Shown: positions 28,868 to 38,676 of the stretch, one piece after another | Layout of the letters: every line of letters begins with the position of its first letter | Numbering within the stretch: the first letter of the stretch is position 1 | NCBI GenBank assembly: GCA_963968885.1 | Contig: CAXAGT010000001.1 | Coordinates: forward strand, 5,861-69,860 | Direction of reading: 5' to 3' | Origin: an uncultured Candidatus Poseidoniales archaeon | Lineage (GTDB): Archaea > Thermoplasmatota > Poseidoniia > Poseidoniales > Poseidoniaceae | Length of the DNA: 64,000 nucleotides | Translations under genes and position numbers: made by a program | The notes under the pieces: model-generated | Database searches by the model: none | What the model saw: the letters and a program-made list of their open reading frames with translations, nothing else | Told to the model about the DNA's origin: nothing

Positions 28868-30663
28868 AAACAGGTTCGAGGTGTTTCCCAGTGGTTGAGA
28901 AAACCGGACTAAAGTGGCTTGTTTTGGATGGCTATGAAGATGAGCCAGCAGCTTTTGGCGTGCCCCCATACATCGGTTTTCATGTTAGATATGTTTGTGG
29001 TGTATTTGAAAAATTGAAAATTGAATATGATTTCATTACAGTAGATGAATACCGAATGAAATTATTGTCTGGGGAAAGTGCTGGAGATTATCTAAGCGAA
29101 TATTCTGGTTTTGTCTGCATTGCCGGTGCTGTTGTTCCAGGAAAGTATCTCCGAGGGACGCCAATCTCTCTAAAGGAATTGCAAAATGTAGTGAAACATC
29201 TACCAAATCAAATCCCAACTCTACTTGGCGGTTGGGCGGTTAGGGCTTGGAGACAACAAGGATGGAATCCCCTAAGAAGAAACATGTTTATTGCTTTACA
29301 AGACACAGATGCATCTCTTTTTCACTATCTTCAGACCGATGAATGGAAACACAAACGAAGAACCAGTGAGCAATGGGATGAGCACGCTCTTCAGGGGGCA
29401 AAATCAAAAGCTGTGAAACAACATCCTGATTCATTAGCTTACAATCCAAATTCACCGCTTACATACGAAGTCGAGGTATACCAGGGCTGTGTTAGGTACA
29501 AGCAAGGCTGTAAATTTTGCATTGAACCAAAGAAAGGAGTGCCGATTTTCAGGTCCCCTGAAAAAATCATTCAGGAAGTACAATTGGCATTGGATTCTGG
29601 TGTTCAAAATGTACGGCTGGGAGGAATGACCGACACATATACTTACATGGCTGAAGGAGTAACTGAATTAGAATATCCTGTTCCTAACCCGGAACCTATC
29701 GCAAAATTGCTTTACGGATTAAGGGAAGATGATAGGCTGAAAATACTCCATACTGATAATGGAAATCCAAGCATAATCGCTGAGAACCTAGAGCCTAGTG
29801 AAGAAATAACTAGGACTCTAGTAGAAACACTATCTGATGGGGCTGTGCTCTCCTTTGGTTTAGAATCAGCAGATCCAGAAGTTCACAAGATGAATTGGCT
29901 AAATTGCTCATCAAGCCAACTAAAAACCGCCGTGAATTTAATCAACAAACATGGTAGAGAAAGAGGTGAAAGAGGGCTGCCAAAACTTTTGCCGGGTCTT
30001 AATTTCATAGCAGGTTTGAATGGAGAAACCCGCCAAACATACGACATGAATCTCAAGCTACTGAAGGAATTGCGGTCTAATGGTTCTTGGCTGAGGAGGA
30101 TTAATGTCAGACAGGTTGAAGGTGAAGGGTTTCAAGAAATTCCTGAAGATAAATTCAAGGATTTCAAAATTGCAGTCAGAGATGAGATTGATGCACCTTT
30201 GCTCGAGGAATTATTTCCCGTAGGTCAAATATTGCGAGATGTTCACTGGGAATCTCATGATAACAGGACTAGGCTTCCTTCTAATCTAGACCAATCACAC
30301 CAAGATGAAGCGATAAGAGGCAAGCCTGGAGTGACATTTGGTAGACAGATAGGTGCATACCCAATACTAATTGGAGCCAACTACAAGATTCCTTTGGAGA
30401 CACGCAGTGATGTATTGGTTACTTCTCACGGAAAAAGGTCGATAACTGCTATCGAAATAGGGATGTCTTTGGATGAAGCATCACAATCCCAATTGTCTTC
30501 TTTACCAGGCATAGGGGATAAAACAGCATGGAACTTAATCTCGAAGAGAGCAAAAGCCAAGAGAAAAAATCCTAATCTAAAGGCATTTGAATCTGTATCA
30601 GAGGCATTTGAATCAATCAATGCACAAACTCCAGAATTAGCTCAACTAGTCTTTATTCCTTGA
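28864..30663 (+). CDS. Radical-SAM superfamily protein, MiaB/B12-binding-like architecture with non-canonical Cys motif and C-terminal HhH; candidate tRNA-modification enzyme (possibly RaSEA-like)
   Basis: N-terminal Rossmann-like domain; YQGCVRYKQGCKFC (C-x6-C-x2-C); MiaB-family-like motifs LSFGLESADPEV and NFIAGLNGET; HhH LPGIGDKTAWNLI; start ATG overlaps stop of csl4-RRM (ATGA). Confidence 0.5.
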   Translation: MKTGSRCFPVVEKTGLKWLVLDGYEDEPAAFGVPPYIGFHVRYVCGVFEKLKIEYDFITVDEYRMKLLSGESAGDYLSEYSGFVCIAGAVVPGKYLRGTPISLKELQNVVKHLPNQIPTLLGGWAVRAWRQQGWNPLRRNMFIALQDTDASLFHYLQTDEWKHKRRTSEQWDEHALQGAKSKAVKQHPDSLAYNPNSPLTYEVEVYQGCVRYKQGCKFCIEPKKGVPIFRSPEKIIQEVQLALDSGVQNVRLGGMTDTYTYMAEGVTELEYPVPNPEPIAKLLYGLREDDRLKILHTDNGNPSIIAENLEPSEEITRTLVETLSDGAVLSFGLESADPEVHKMNWLNCSSSQLKTAVNLINKHGRERGERGLPKLLPGLNFIAGLNGETRQTYDMNLKLLKELRSNGSWLRRINVRQVEGEGFQEIPEDKFKDFKIAVRDEIDAPLLEELFPVGQILRDVHWESHDNRTRLPSNLDQSHQDEAIRGKPGVTFGRQIGAYPILIGANYKIPLETRSDVLVTSHGKRSITAIEIGMSLDEASQSQLSSLPGIGDKTAWNLISKRAKAKRKNPNLKAFESVSEAFESINAQTPELAQLVFIP

Positions 30664-32988
30664 TTAATCTAGGGAAATCCCGCCTCTGGTTTTTATTGCA
30701 ATTCCTTTGGTGAAACTTGAGAGATCTTCAGGTGTTGATTTTGAAATACCATATCCCAAAAGATCTCCTTTTGAATTTACGATTAAAGCAGGCTGGTCTA
30801 TTGTTAACCATGGGTCGCATGCTTTGACAAATCCATGGAATACGTTACGTCCTTTTCTTACAAATGGTTCAGCATCATCATCAACCACAACAACTGGCAA
30901 TCCTCCCCCAGAATTGTTCCAAGGCATGTGGGGCTTGAAGCCCTCTGGTAGAGGCTTTTTTCTTGTAATGTAGATTTTCTTTGCTCCTGCTGAGGTCAGA
31001 GATAATCCTCCATCATTTAGCCTTGGGCTTGCTATGTGTTCGCCATTTTTATCAATGATATTCTTTATTCTACCAGTGCTAGACATAATGTAAGTGCATC
31101 CTTTTGATAGATGCTTTGCGTCAGTAATTGACATGTTGAAGTGTACTGCTAATTTATCTCTAACTTGATTTTCCTTTAGAGAAGTCTTTGCTTCTGTTTT
31201 TTGTTCATCGCTCATTAATTCTAAGAACTTAGATTTAGCGTCTAATACTTCATTTTCGACAAGGACTTTATTGCAACGTGAAAGCAGGTCTTTCGGACCG
31301 ATGTCGAGTTTGATTATCCTTGCATCATGTATCCCAAGTCTTTCTAATTCTCTACGAGCCCAAGACAAATCTAGTTTCCTTTCCCAAATCCAATCGGGTC
31401 CTTCAACATGGGCAAATGGATTATTGTCCTCTAGTGAATAAGGAATTAGACCAATTGGAGTTTGAATAAATACCTGCAAATCTGGTGTGAAAGTTGTCAG
31501 TCTCATCATAAGGTCAAGGGTGAAATCTCTCCATGGCCCCTGTCTACCATAAAGAACCAGTGCAATATTTTTCTTACTAGTAATACCTATTTGGGAATAT
31601 CTTGTATGCAGTAATCTTCTTGCTTGTACCACATAAGGTCTTGAGAAAGTGTCTTCTTCTGCCCAGTGTATCCCACCTGTCCTGAATTGTGATTGTCCTG
31701 AAACAATCCAGTCCCATGCTGGTTCCCAGGAGCCCTGGGGAGAACCAGTTTCCTTGGCAGCATCTCTATCTGTAATCTTCATGTCTTGATGAATTTCTAA
31801 TTCAAACCTCGGCATATGTGGATTTGTTGTCAACCACAAGAAAGCTTCCCTTAGTGCAGGATGTTGATGACTTCTTCTTTCAGCAAGCCTCCAAATTGTA
31901 CCGTCTCTAACTGCCTGCTTACATCTACTTATTTCTTGAAGAGTGATTTCTAAATTATATCTTGCAAGCAATTTCGTGCGTTCATCAGGATCCAATTTTC
32001 TTACTTCAGAGGGTGATATATGTGATATAGCCGGCATAATTACAGGCCAGTGCTCTAATTTCTCTAATTTTTCAGTTCCCCATGGACAAAGGATTCTCCC
32101 GTCTCTTGCAAATAAGGCATAAGCAGCTGAGTCGAACAAATCCGCACCGAGTGCGACTAGCATAGGAAATAGCATTGGATGCCCACAACCAAACATATGC
32201 CTTGGTTTCGAAGAGGGTAAATGGGGGATTGAAGAAAGCATTATTTTTACCAAATCTTTGTACATGTGGCGTTCCATGATAGGCACGATTCCTCCTATCG
32301 GATGCACAGCGAAATCATAATTTCCCATTCCGATTGCAGATTTTTCTCTTAGATCTTTGAAAGTACCTCCCTGTATGGGTCCATTTAGCATAGTTTGTTC
32401 AGCACTAGTGATGCTTACTTCGGCTCTTGCAATAGTTTCAATGACAGCCTGTTCAACCTCTTGCTTTGTCATATCTGGTCTTGTGAATACATCTAGCATA
32501 GTAGCGATATCCACGCCAATATCTTTCTGGAATTTCACAATCTCTTCGACACCAACCTCGACGTCCCCGTAGACGTAGGATTGGAACGTACCTGAATCAG
32601 TCATGATTACACCTGGGAAGTCGATTAAATCATGAACTCCAGATTTCATTGCTTTTTCTCTGAGATTATCATGCTTCCAAATAATGTAAGAATTTGTGAT
32701 TAATGCGCCAATTCCATATCTATCCCACATTTCCCTTGGTTCAATAGTTCTGATATTTGGATTTATCACTGGCAATAAAGCGGGAGTCTCTAAAATTCCG
32801 TGTATTGTATGCAACTTTCCAATTCTTGCTCTCCCGTCTTGAGAGATAATTTCGAATTTACCTTTGTCGGCATCTCTACATGGGTCAGGGTCTTGCCTGC
32901 GGCCATCAGTCCAAGTAGACATTGAACGAGGCTGACAGGCTTTGCGTTTGAACCCAACGGCAATATCAGACAAATTCGACATTTCCAT
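30664..32988 (-). CDS. tgtA: tRNA-guanine(15) transglycosylase family protein (arcTGT or ArcS-like) with C-terminal PUA domain; canonical Zn site absent
   Basis: FEIISQDGRARIGKLHTIHGILETPALLPVINP; catalytic DSG (VIMTDSGTFQ); LGADLFDSAAYALFARDGRIL; PUA-like C-terminus; region expected to hold CxCxxC reads HWPVIMPAI; start may be ATG 32922 (MSTWTDG). Confidence 0.7.
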   Translation of the reverse strand: MEMSNLSDIAVGFKRKACQPRSMSTWTDGRRQDPDPCRDADKGKFEIISQDGRARIGKLHTIHGILETPALLPVINPNIRTIEPREMWDRYGIGALITNSYIIWKHDNLREKAMKSGVHDLIDFPGVIMTDSGTFQSYVYGDVEVGVEEIVKFQKDIGVDIATMLDVFTRPDMTKQEVEQAVIETIARAEVSITSAEQTMLNGPIQGGTFKDLREKSAIGMGNYDFAVHPIGGIVPIMERHMYKDLVKIMLSSIPHLPSSKPRHMFGCGHPMLFPMLVALGADLFDSAAYALFARDGRILCPWGTEKLEKLEHWPVIMPAISHISPSEVRKLDPDERTKLLARYNLEITLQEISRCKQAVRDGTIWRLAERRSHQHPALREAFLWLTTNPHMPRFELEIHQDMKITDRDAAKETGSPQGSWEPAWDWIVSGQSQFRTGGIHWAEEDTFSRPYVVQARRLLHTRYSQIGITSKKNIALVLYGRQGPWRDFTLDLMMRLTTFTPDLQVFIQTPIGLIPYSLEDNNPFAHVEGPDWIWERKLDLSWARRELERLGIHDARIIKLDIGPKDLLSRCNKVLVENEVLDAKSKFLELMSDEQKTEAKTSLKENQVRDKLAVHFNMSITDAKHLSKGCTYIMSSTGRIKNIIDKNGEHIASPRLNDGGLSLTSAGAKKIYITRKKPLPEGFKPHMPWNNSGGGLPVVVVDDDAEPFVRKGRNVFHGFVKACDPWLTIDQPALIVNSKGDLLGYGISKSTPEDLSSFTKGIAIKTRGGISLD

Positions 32989-33415
32989 GTGCTAAAATAA
33001 ATTCCCTTCCTAGTTCATCAAATGTGTCGAGTAAATTAGAATCAAATCTGACTCTCCACACTTCAGGGTCATTCTCTAAATCATTCTTTATCCCATCAAG
33101 CGTCCCTGGTGCTGCACCACAGGAAAGACAGGCTCCGGTAAGATCAAGAACAAAATCTATGCCTTTGTCGTTCTTCAAAGCGGCTATGCATTCAATTCCC
33201 CCTCCATGACCTGAAAGAGCTGCCCTTACCTCTCCAAGCCTTGTTAGTAGTCCAGGAACTATGTAATCAGTTCCAATTAAATCTGACAGTAGAGAATTCT
33301 TGAGCCTCAATTCCTCTTCAGGGTCTTGAATACTCTCTTCAATTCTTTTTTCTGCTTCTTGGCGCAATGAGTCTTTTGCCTGTTGGGCATACATGTCAAT
33401 CAAATCATCGTCCAT
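32966..33415 (-). CDS. nfu: Nfu/NifU C-terminal-domain-like Fe-S cluster carrier protein
   Basis: GGGIECIAALKNDKGIDFVLDLTGACLSCGAAPGTLDGIKNDL (CxxC Nfu motif). Confidence 0.65.
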   Translation of the reverse strand: MDDDLIDMYAQQAKDSLRQEAEKRIEESIQDPEEELRLKNSLLSDLIGTDYIVPGLLTRLGEVRAALSGHGGGIECIAALKNDKGIDFVLDLTGACLSCGAAPGTLDGIKNDLENDPEVWRVRFDSNLLDTFDELGREFILAHGNVEFV

Positions 33416-33532
33416 AACGCGCTGACGACATGGTCCTATTTTGGTTAAACGATTTTAATTTCAACTAGTCAGTACATTATTCCTAACCAGCCATTCATAA
33501 GGGTGGAACTGAACGGCTAATCGGGGAGGAGT

Positions 33533-34270
33533 ATGTCGGAGTTAGTCCTAGATGTGAAAAACTTGCATGTGAGCATAGAAGGCTCACCAATTCTCAAAGG
33601 GTTAGACCTTCAAATCAAGGAAGGTGAGGTCCACGCTATCATGGGAAGAAATGGTGCAGGGAAATCAACATTAGCCAGCGTAGTTATGGGGCATCCTGCA
33701 TACGAAATTACTGATGGTGAAATTCACTACAAAGGTAAGGATATCAACGAAATGGATGTTTTCGAAAGAGCAAGAGCTGGTATGTTCTTGTCATTCCAAT
33801 ATCCAGCAGCCATTCCAGGTGTAAAGGTTGGAACTTTTCTCAAAAAGTCAACAGAAGCGGTTCAAGGCGAACAATTTAATGCCAGAGAATTTCGTTCAGA
33901 TATGAAAGATAATATGTCATCACTAGACATTGATAGGTCATACTTGAACAGGTATGTCAACGATGGTTTCAGTGGTGGAGAAAAGAAAAGATTAGAGATC
34001 CTCCAAATGATGATGTTAAAACCCAAGATGGCAATACTCGATGAAACAGACTCAGGACTAGATATAGACGCTATGAAGATTGTATCAGCCGGAGTTAACT
34101 CCGTTATCGATGGAAGCGGAGTTCTAGTAATCACGCATTACCAGAGGCTACTAGACTACATCAAGCCAGATTATGTTCACGTCATGATAGACGGTAGAAT
34201 TGTTAAGAGCGGTGGTCCTGAACTTGCCTTAAAGCTTGAAGAAAAGGGCTACGATTGGTTAGACAACTGA
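33533..34270 (+). CDS. sufC: Fe-S cluster assembly ATPase SufC
   Basis: Walker A GRNGAGKST, ABC signature FSGGEKKR, LDETDSGLD, 245 aa. Confidence 0.9.
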   Translation: MSELVLDVKNLHVSIEGSPILKGLDLQIKEGEVHAIMGRNGAGKSTLASVVMGHPAYEITDGEIHYKGKDINEMDVFERARAGMFLSFQYPAAIPGVKVGTFLKKSTEAVQGEQFNAREFRSDMKDNMSSLDIDRSYLNRYVNDGFSGGEKKRLEILQMMMLKPKMAILDETDSGLDIDAMKIVSAGVNSVIDGSGVLVITHYQRLLDYIKPDYVHVMIDGRIVKSGGPELALKLEEKGYDWLDN

Positions 34271-34279
34271 GGTGTTAAA

Positions 34280-35686
34280 TTGAGTGATGAAGCAAGAGAA
34301 GCGGTAGGAGATTACCAATTTGGTTTCCACGATCCCGAGCACTCGACCATTAGGTTTGACAAAGGGCTCAATGAACAAGTTGTAAGAGACATTTCTGAGC
34401 TAAAGAACGAGCCTGAGTGGATGACTGAAATAAGGGTCAAAGCATTTCATCATTTCATGAAAGTAGAAATGCCAAAGTGGGGTAATACAGAATTACTTGA
34501 ATCAATAAATTTTGATAATGTTACATATTTTTTGAGGTCGAGTGATAAGACTGAAAAATCATGGGATGACGTTCCAGAGGATATCAAAAACACGTTCAAT
34601 AGGCTCGGAATACCAGAGGCAGAACAAAAGTGGCTTGGTGGCGTCACCGCTCAATACGAATCTGAAGCTGTATATCACTCGATTAGAGAGGATCTAGAAG
34701 AGCAAGGAGTCGTGTTTTTGGACATGGATTCTGGACTGAAACAATATCCTGAAATTGTAAAGGAATACTTCAACTCTGTTGTCCCTTACACTGATAACAA
34801 GTTCTCTGCTCTAAACACTGCCGTTTGGTCTGGAGGTTCATTCATCTACGTTCCAAGTGGCGTGAATGTGGAAATGCCTGTGCAATCTTACTTCAGAATA
34901 AACTCGAAGAATATGGGGCAATTTGAAAGAACCCTAATCATTGTTGATGAAGGATCATCACTACATTATGTAGAAGGTTGTACCGCTCCAACCTACTCCA
35001 CTGATTCTCTGCACGCTGCTGTTGTAGAACTTGTAGCCCTAAAAGGTGCTAAAATAAGATATTCTACAATTCAAAATTGGTCGGCAAATGTGTACAATTT
35101 AGTAACCAAGAGAGCCGTTGCACACGAAGATGCAACTGTCGAATGGGTTGATGGAAACATCGGCTCCAAGTTGACGATGAAGTATCCTGCAGTCATCTTG
35201 AAAGGAGAACGCGCTCATGCAGAAGTAATTTCAGTAGCATATGCTGGTAAAGGTCAACATCAAGATGCTGGTTCAAAAGTTCATCATTTGGCAAGTCACA
35301 CCACCTCAAATATTCTTTCAAAATCAATTTCAAAAGATGGCGGAAGGTCAACCTACCGGGGGATGTTACAAGTTCTTCCAAAGGCAAAAGGCTGCAAATC
35401 AAAAGTTGTTTGTGACGCATTGATGCTCGACGAGTCAAGCCAATCTGATACCTACCCCACAATGGAGGTAGGAAATTCCTCTGCAGATTTAGAACACGAA
35501 GCGAGTGTATCCAAGGTGAGTGATTCACAATTATTCTACCTGATGAGTAGAGGACTTAACGAAGAACAAGCTATGGGCTTAATCGTTAACGGATTTTTTG
35601 AACCTTTCACAAGGGAGTTGCCAATGGAATATGCATCTGAATTGAACAAATTGCTCAATATCGAGATGGAGGGTTCCATTGGATGA
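34280..35686 (+). CDS. sufB: Fe-S cluster assembly protein SufB
   Basis: 468 aa, SufB/D beta-helix family, follows sufC. Confidence 0.85.
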   Translation: MSDEAREAVGDYQFGFHDPEHSTIRFDKGLNEQVVRDISELKNEPEWMTEIRVKAFHHFMKVEMPKWGNTELLESINFDNVTYFLRSSDKTEKSWDDVPEDIKNTFNRLGIPEAEQKWLGGVTAQYESEAVYHSIREDLEEQGVVFLDMDSGLKQYPEIVKEYFNSVVPYTDNKFSALNTAVWSGGSFIYVPSGVNVEMPVQSYFRINSKNMGQFERTLIIVDEGSSLHYVEGCTAPTYSTDSLHAAVVELVALKGAKIRYSTIQNWSANVYNLVTKRAVAHEDATVEWVDGNIGSKLTMKYPAVILKGERAHAEVISVAYAGKGQHQDAGSKVHHLASHTTSNILSKSISKDGGRSTYRGMLQVLPKAKGCKSKVVCDALMLDESSQSDTYPTMEVGNSSADLEHEASVSKVSDSQLFYLMSRGLNEEQAMGLIVNGFFEPFTRELPMEYASELNKLLNIEMEGSIG

Positions 35687-36744
35687 TGTATCAAAAAATG
35701 CAAAATCCACCACGATACAACCATCTCTGGAAGTACACTCCGTGGAGAGAGGTATCTCCAAACAAGTTATCGGATAATCCTAAATTTGAGGAGCCCCGAT
35801 TGGTGTATCTTAATTCCGAAAGCGAGCAATCTATGGGTTTCTCGATAAAATCACAGCAGTCTGAAACACTGCCAAGCGAAGATATCGCACGTGTTTGTTT
35901 GTCACAAGAAGCACACAACACAAATGTCATTGAATTGAACGGATGCGATGAAATAATTAATTTGAGAATCGATGCAAATTCGGAATTTTCGATAATCAGG
36001 ATTCACTTCGATGTAAAGAAGTCATCAAAGGTTTGCATAGAGGTAGTTGGTTCGGCTTCCTGGTTTGGCCTTTTGATTACAGGTAATATAAATCCAAATT
36101 GTCATCTTGATTTTGGCTACTCTGAAAAGCTCCCCGAAGCCTCAAGGGTGGTAAGGTGTGAGGATTGGAGATTAAACAGAAGTTCAGTTTTCAATATGGC
36201 AGGATTGTCAACCCAGTCATTCAGACGTAAATCCGACCTAAGGATTTCATTAGAAGAGAGCTCCTCTGAGTTCTATGGTAGTTTGGCAGTACATGGTCTT
36301 GGAAGTAAAAAGGACGATACGCATGTAGAGATAGATCACCAAGTTGGTAACACATTCTCAGATTTGAATATCAAAACAGCATGTGATGAAAGCAGCAGAA
36401 GCATCTCCACTGGAAGGCTCTACATTAGAGAGGGAGCAGATGGAGTTGATTCAGGGCAGGTTTTCCGAAATTTATTACTCAGCCAAAAAGCAAGAGCAGA
36501 TTCAATCCCAGAGTTAGAGGTTTATGCAGATGATGTACAAGCACGTCACGGTGCAGCAAGTGCTCCTGTCGACGAAGAATTGGTCTATTACCTAATGAGC
36601 AGGGGATTGGACAGAGAAAACGCAATTTCAACGCTTGTAGAAGGCTTCCTTGCAGATGCTTATAGCAACTTGAAAAGTGAGAAACTTAGAGAGGAGATGC
36701 GAACTAGGCTTAGGATTCATCTTGATTGCCTTTCAAATCACTGA
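35683..36744 (+). CDS. sufD: Fe-S cluster assembly protein SufD
   Basis: SufBD-family paralog overlapping sufB stop. Confidence 0.75.
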   Translation: MMYQKMQNPPRYNHLWKYTPWREVSPNKLSDNPKFEEPRLVYLNSESEQSMGFSIKSQQSETLPSEDIARVCLSQEAHNTNVIELNGCDEIINLRIDANSEFSIIRIHFDVKKSSKVCIEVVGSASWFGLLITGNINPNCHLDFGYSEKLPEASRVVRCEDWRLNRSSVFNMAGLSTQSFRRKSDLRISLEESSSEFYGSLAVHGLGSKKDDTHVEIDHQVGNTFSDLNIKTACDESSRSISTGRLYIREGADGVDSGQVFRNLLLSQKARADSIPELEVYADDVQARHGAASAPVDEELVYYLMSRGLDRENAISTLVEGFLADAYSNLKSEKLREEMRTRLRIHLDCLSNH

Positions 36745-36753
36745 GGTGTTAAT

Positions 36754-37950
36754 GTGGTCGTTCCAAGAACAGATTTTCCAATCCTCAATAGGGAGATACA
36801 TGGTAAGAAATTAGTATATCTTGATAATGCAGCCACTACTCAAAAACCAAAGGTAGTAATAGATGCCATGAACAATTACTATGAGAATTACAATTCGAAT
36901 GTTCATCGTGCAGTCCATCTAATGGCAGGAGAGGCAACCGATTCTTATGAGTCATGCAGGACTATCTTGAAGAGTTGGTTCAACGCGCAAAGGGCTATTT
37001 TTACTTCTGGTACAACCGAAGCAATCAATCTGGCTGCACACGCATGGGGAAAAGAAAACCTAAGTTCCGGTGATGTCGTGTTGATGACAGAAATGGAACA
37101 CCATTCTGATATTGTTCCTTGGCAATTACTTGCTGATGATTTGGATATAGAACTAAGATATATTCCAGTAAAGGATGATTTTACTCTAGACCTGGAAGCG
37201 TTTGATGCGTCTTTAGACGGGGTCAAATTGGTTTGTATTGTACATACATCAAATGTTCTCGGTGTAAGAAATCCGATTGAATATGTAATCGAAAAATCTC
37301 ACTCCATTGGCGCCAAAGTTTTGATCGACGCTGCACAAGGTGTTCCCCACAAACAGATTGATTTTCAAAAATTAGGTGCTGATTTTATGGCTATGTCTGC
37401 TCATAAAATGATGGGACCAACTGGAATTGGGGCACTATTAGTCACAGAGGAAATTTTTCAATCCATGAGACCATTTATGGGAGGGGGAGATATGATTCAA
37501 ACTGTTACCCTACAGGGCTCTACATATCAAAACAATGAGCACAAATTTGAGGCAGGAACTCCTAAAATTGCAGAGGCAATAGGCTGGAAAGCAGCATTTG
37601 ATTACATGTCAAATATTGATTTGGACGCAGAGCACGCAAGATTAGTTGAGATTGCAAGGTGGACTTCAAAGCAACTTGAAGATCTTGGAGCGGCAATTTA
37701 TGGCAGGTATTCCGAGCAAGACGCAGCCGTAGTTTCATTCTTATTCGACAATTTGCATCCCGAAGATTTAGCCCATTACTTAGATGCGATGGGATTCGCA
37801 ATTAGAACTGGACACCACTGCGCTCAACCACTACTTGAGAGGCTTGGAGTCAAAGGTACAGCAAGAGCGTCATTCTATCTATACAATACAATGGAAGAAG
37901 CAGGTGAATTTATTGAAGCGGTGAAATACGTTTTGCAAAAGTTCGGTTAG
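36754..37950 (+). CDS. sufS: Cysteine desulfurase SufS (class V aminotransferase fold, group II)
   Basis: YLDNAATTQKP, PLP-Lys SAHKMMGPTG, active-site loop RTGHHCAQP. Confidence 0.85.
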   Translation: MVVPRTDFPILNREIHGKKLVYLDNAATTQKPKVVIDAMNNYYENYNSNVHRAVHLMAGEATDSYESCRTILKSWFNAQRAIFTSGTTEAINLAAHAWGKENLSSGDVVLMTEMEHHSDIVPWQLLADDLDIELRYIPVKDDFTLDLEAFDASLDGVKLVCIVHTSNVLGVRNPIEYVIEKSHSIGAKVLIDAAQGVPHKQIDFQKLGADFMAMSAHKMMGPTGIGALLVTEEIFQSMRPFMGGGDMIQTVTLQGSTYQNNEHKFEAGTPKIAEAIGWKAAFDYMSNIDLDAEHARLVEIARWTSKQLEDLGAAIYGRYSEQDAAVVSFLFDNLHPEDLAHYLDAMGFAIRTGHHCAQPLLERLGVKGTARASFYLYNTMEEAGEFIEAVKYVLQKFG

Positions 37951-37958
37951 GTGATACC

Positions 37959-38357
37959 ATGAACGCTGCGCTCGAGGAAATCTTGGATGAATTTGAAGAA
38001 ATTGAGGACAGGATGGAAAAGTTTGAATTCTTACATGACCTTTCTAATGACTTGAACCAGTTACCTATCGAAGAGTGGAATGATTCTACAAGAATACATG
38101 GCTGTCAAAGTGAAGCACATGTGAAGGTTTGGATTGAATCTGGACTAGTTCAATTTCGAGGTGGTGCGGATGCTTCGATTGTTGCAGGATTAATGGGGAT
38201 AATCTCAATTGCAGTTCATGAGCAAACAGTCGAATACGTAAGGTCACTTCAACCTGAATTCCTAGCACGCACGGGGTTACTTAACTCACTGACTCCGTCT
38301 AGGTCAAATGGTTTTAGAAATATATTTTCAAGAGTCAAATCAATAATAGGTGAATGA
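37959..38357 (+). CDS. sufE: Sulfur acceptor SufE
   Basis: Conserved Cys in IHGCQSEAHV, about 130 aa. Confidence 0.75.
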   Translation: MNAALEEILDEFEEIEDRMEKFEFLHDLSNDLNQLPIEEWNDSTRIHGCQSEAHVKVWIESGLVQFRGGADASIVAGLMGIISIAVHEQTVEYVRSLQPEFLARTGLLNSLTPSRSNGFRNIFSRVKSIIGE

Positions 38358-38676
38358 AATGGTTACTAAACAAGATGTTCTTGATTGTCTACAGGAAGTA
38401 TTTGATCCTGAATTACAAATAACGATTGTAGAACTTGGTCTTGTTTATGATGTGAAATTTGAGCAAACAGACAAAGGTACTCATGCTGAAATCGATTTGA
38501 CTCTAACAAGCCCTGGATGTCCTGTAGCGCCAGAGATTATGGCTAATACTCACAGAGCTGCTTTGAAGACAGAGGGAGTAGAATCAGTGCACGTAAATTT
38601 GGTATGGAGTCCAAGGTGGGATCCAAAAATTCATGCCTCTGATGATGCAAAAATGGACATGGATATATGGGACTAG
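38350..38676 (+). CDS. sufT: DUF59/MIP18-family protein (SufT-like Fe-S assembly factor)
   Basis: LDCLQEVFDPELQITIVELGLVYDV...LTLTSPGCPVAPEI. Confidence 0.7.
   Translation: MNEMVTKQDVLDCLQEVFDPELQITIVELGLVYDVKFEQTDKGTHAEIDLTLTSPGCPVAPEIMANTHRAALKTEGVESVHVNLVWSPRWDPKIHASDDAKMDMDIWD

Noticed and set aside
32922-32988. 23-nt overlap between TGT-family ORF start and nfu ORF on the same strand
   Set aside because: Likely an over-extended TGT start. An internal ATG (32922) removes the overlap. Not evidence of a frameshift.
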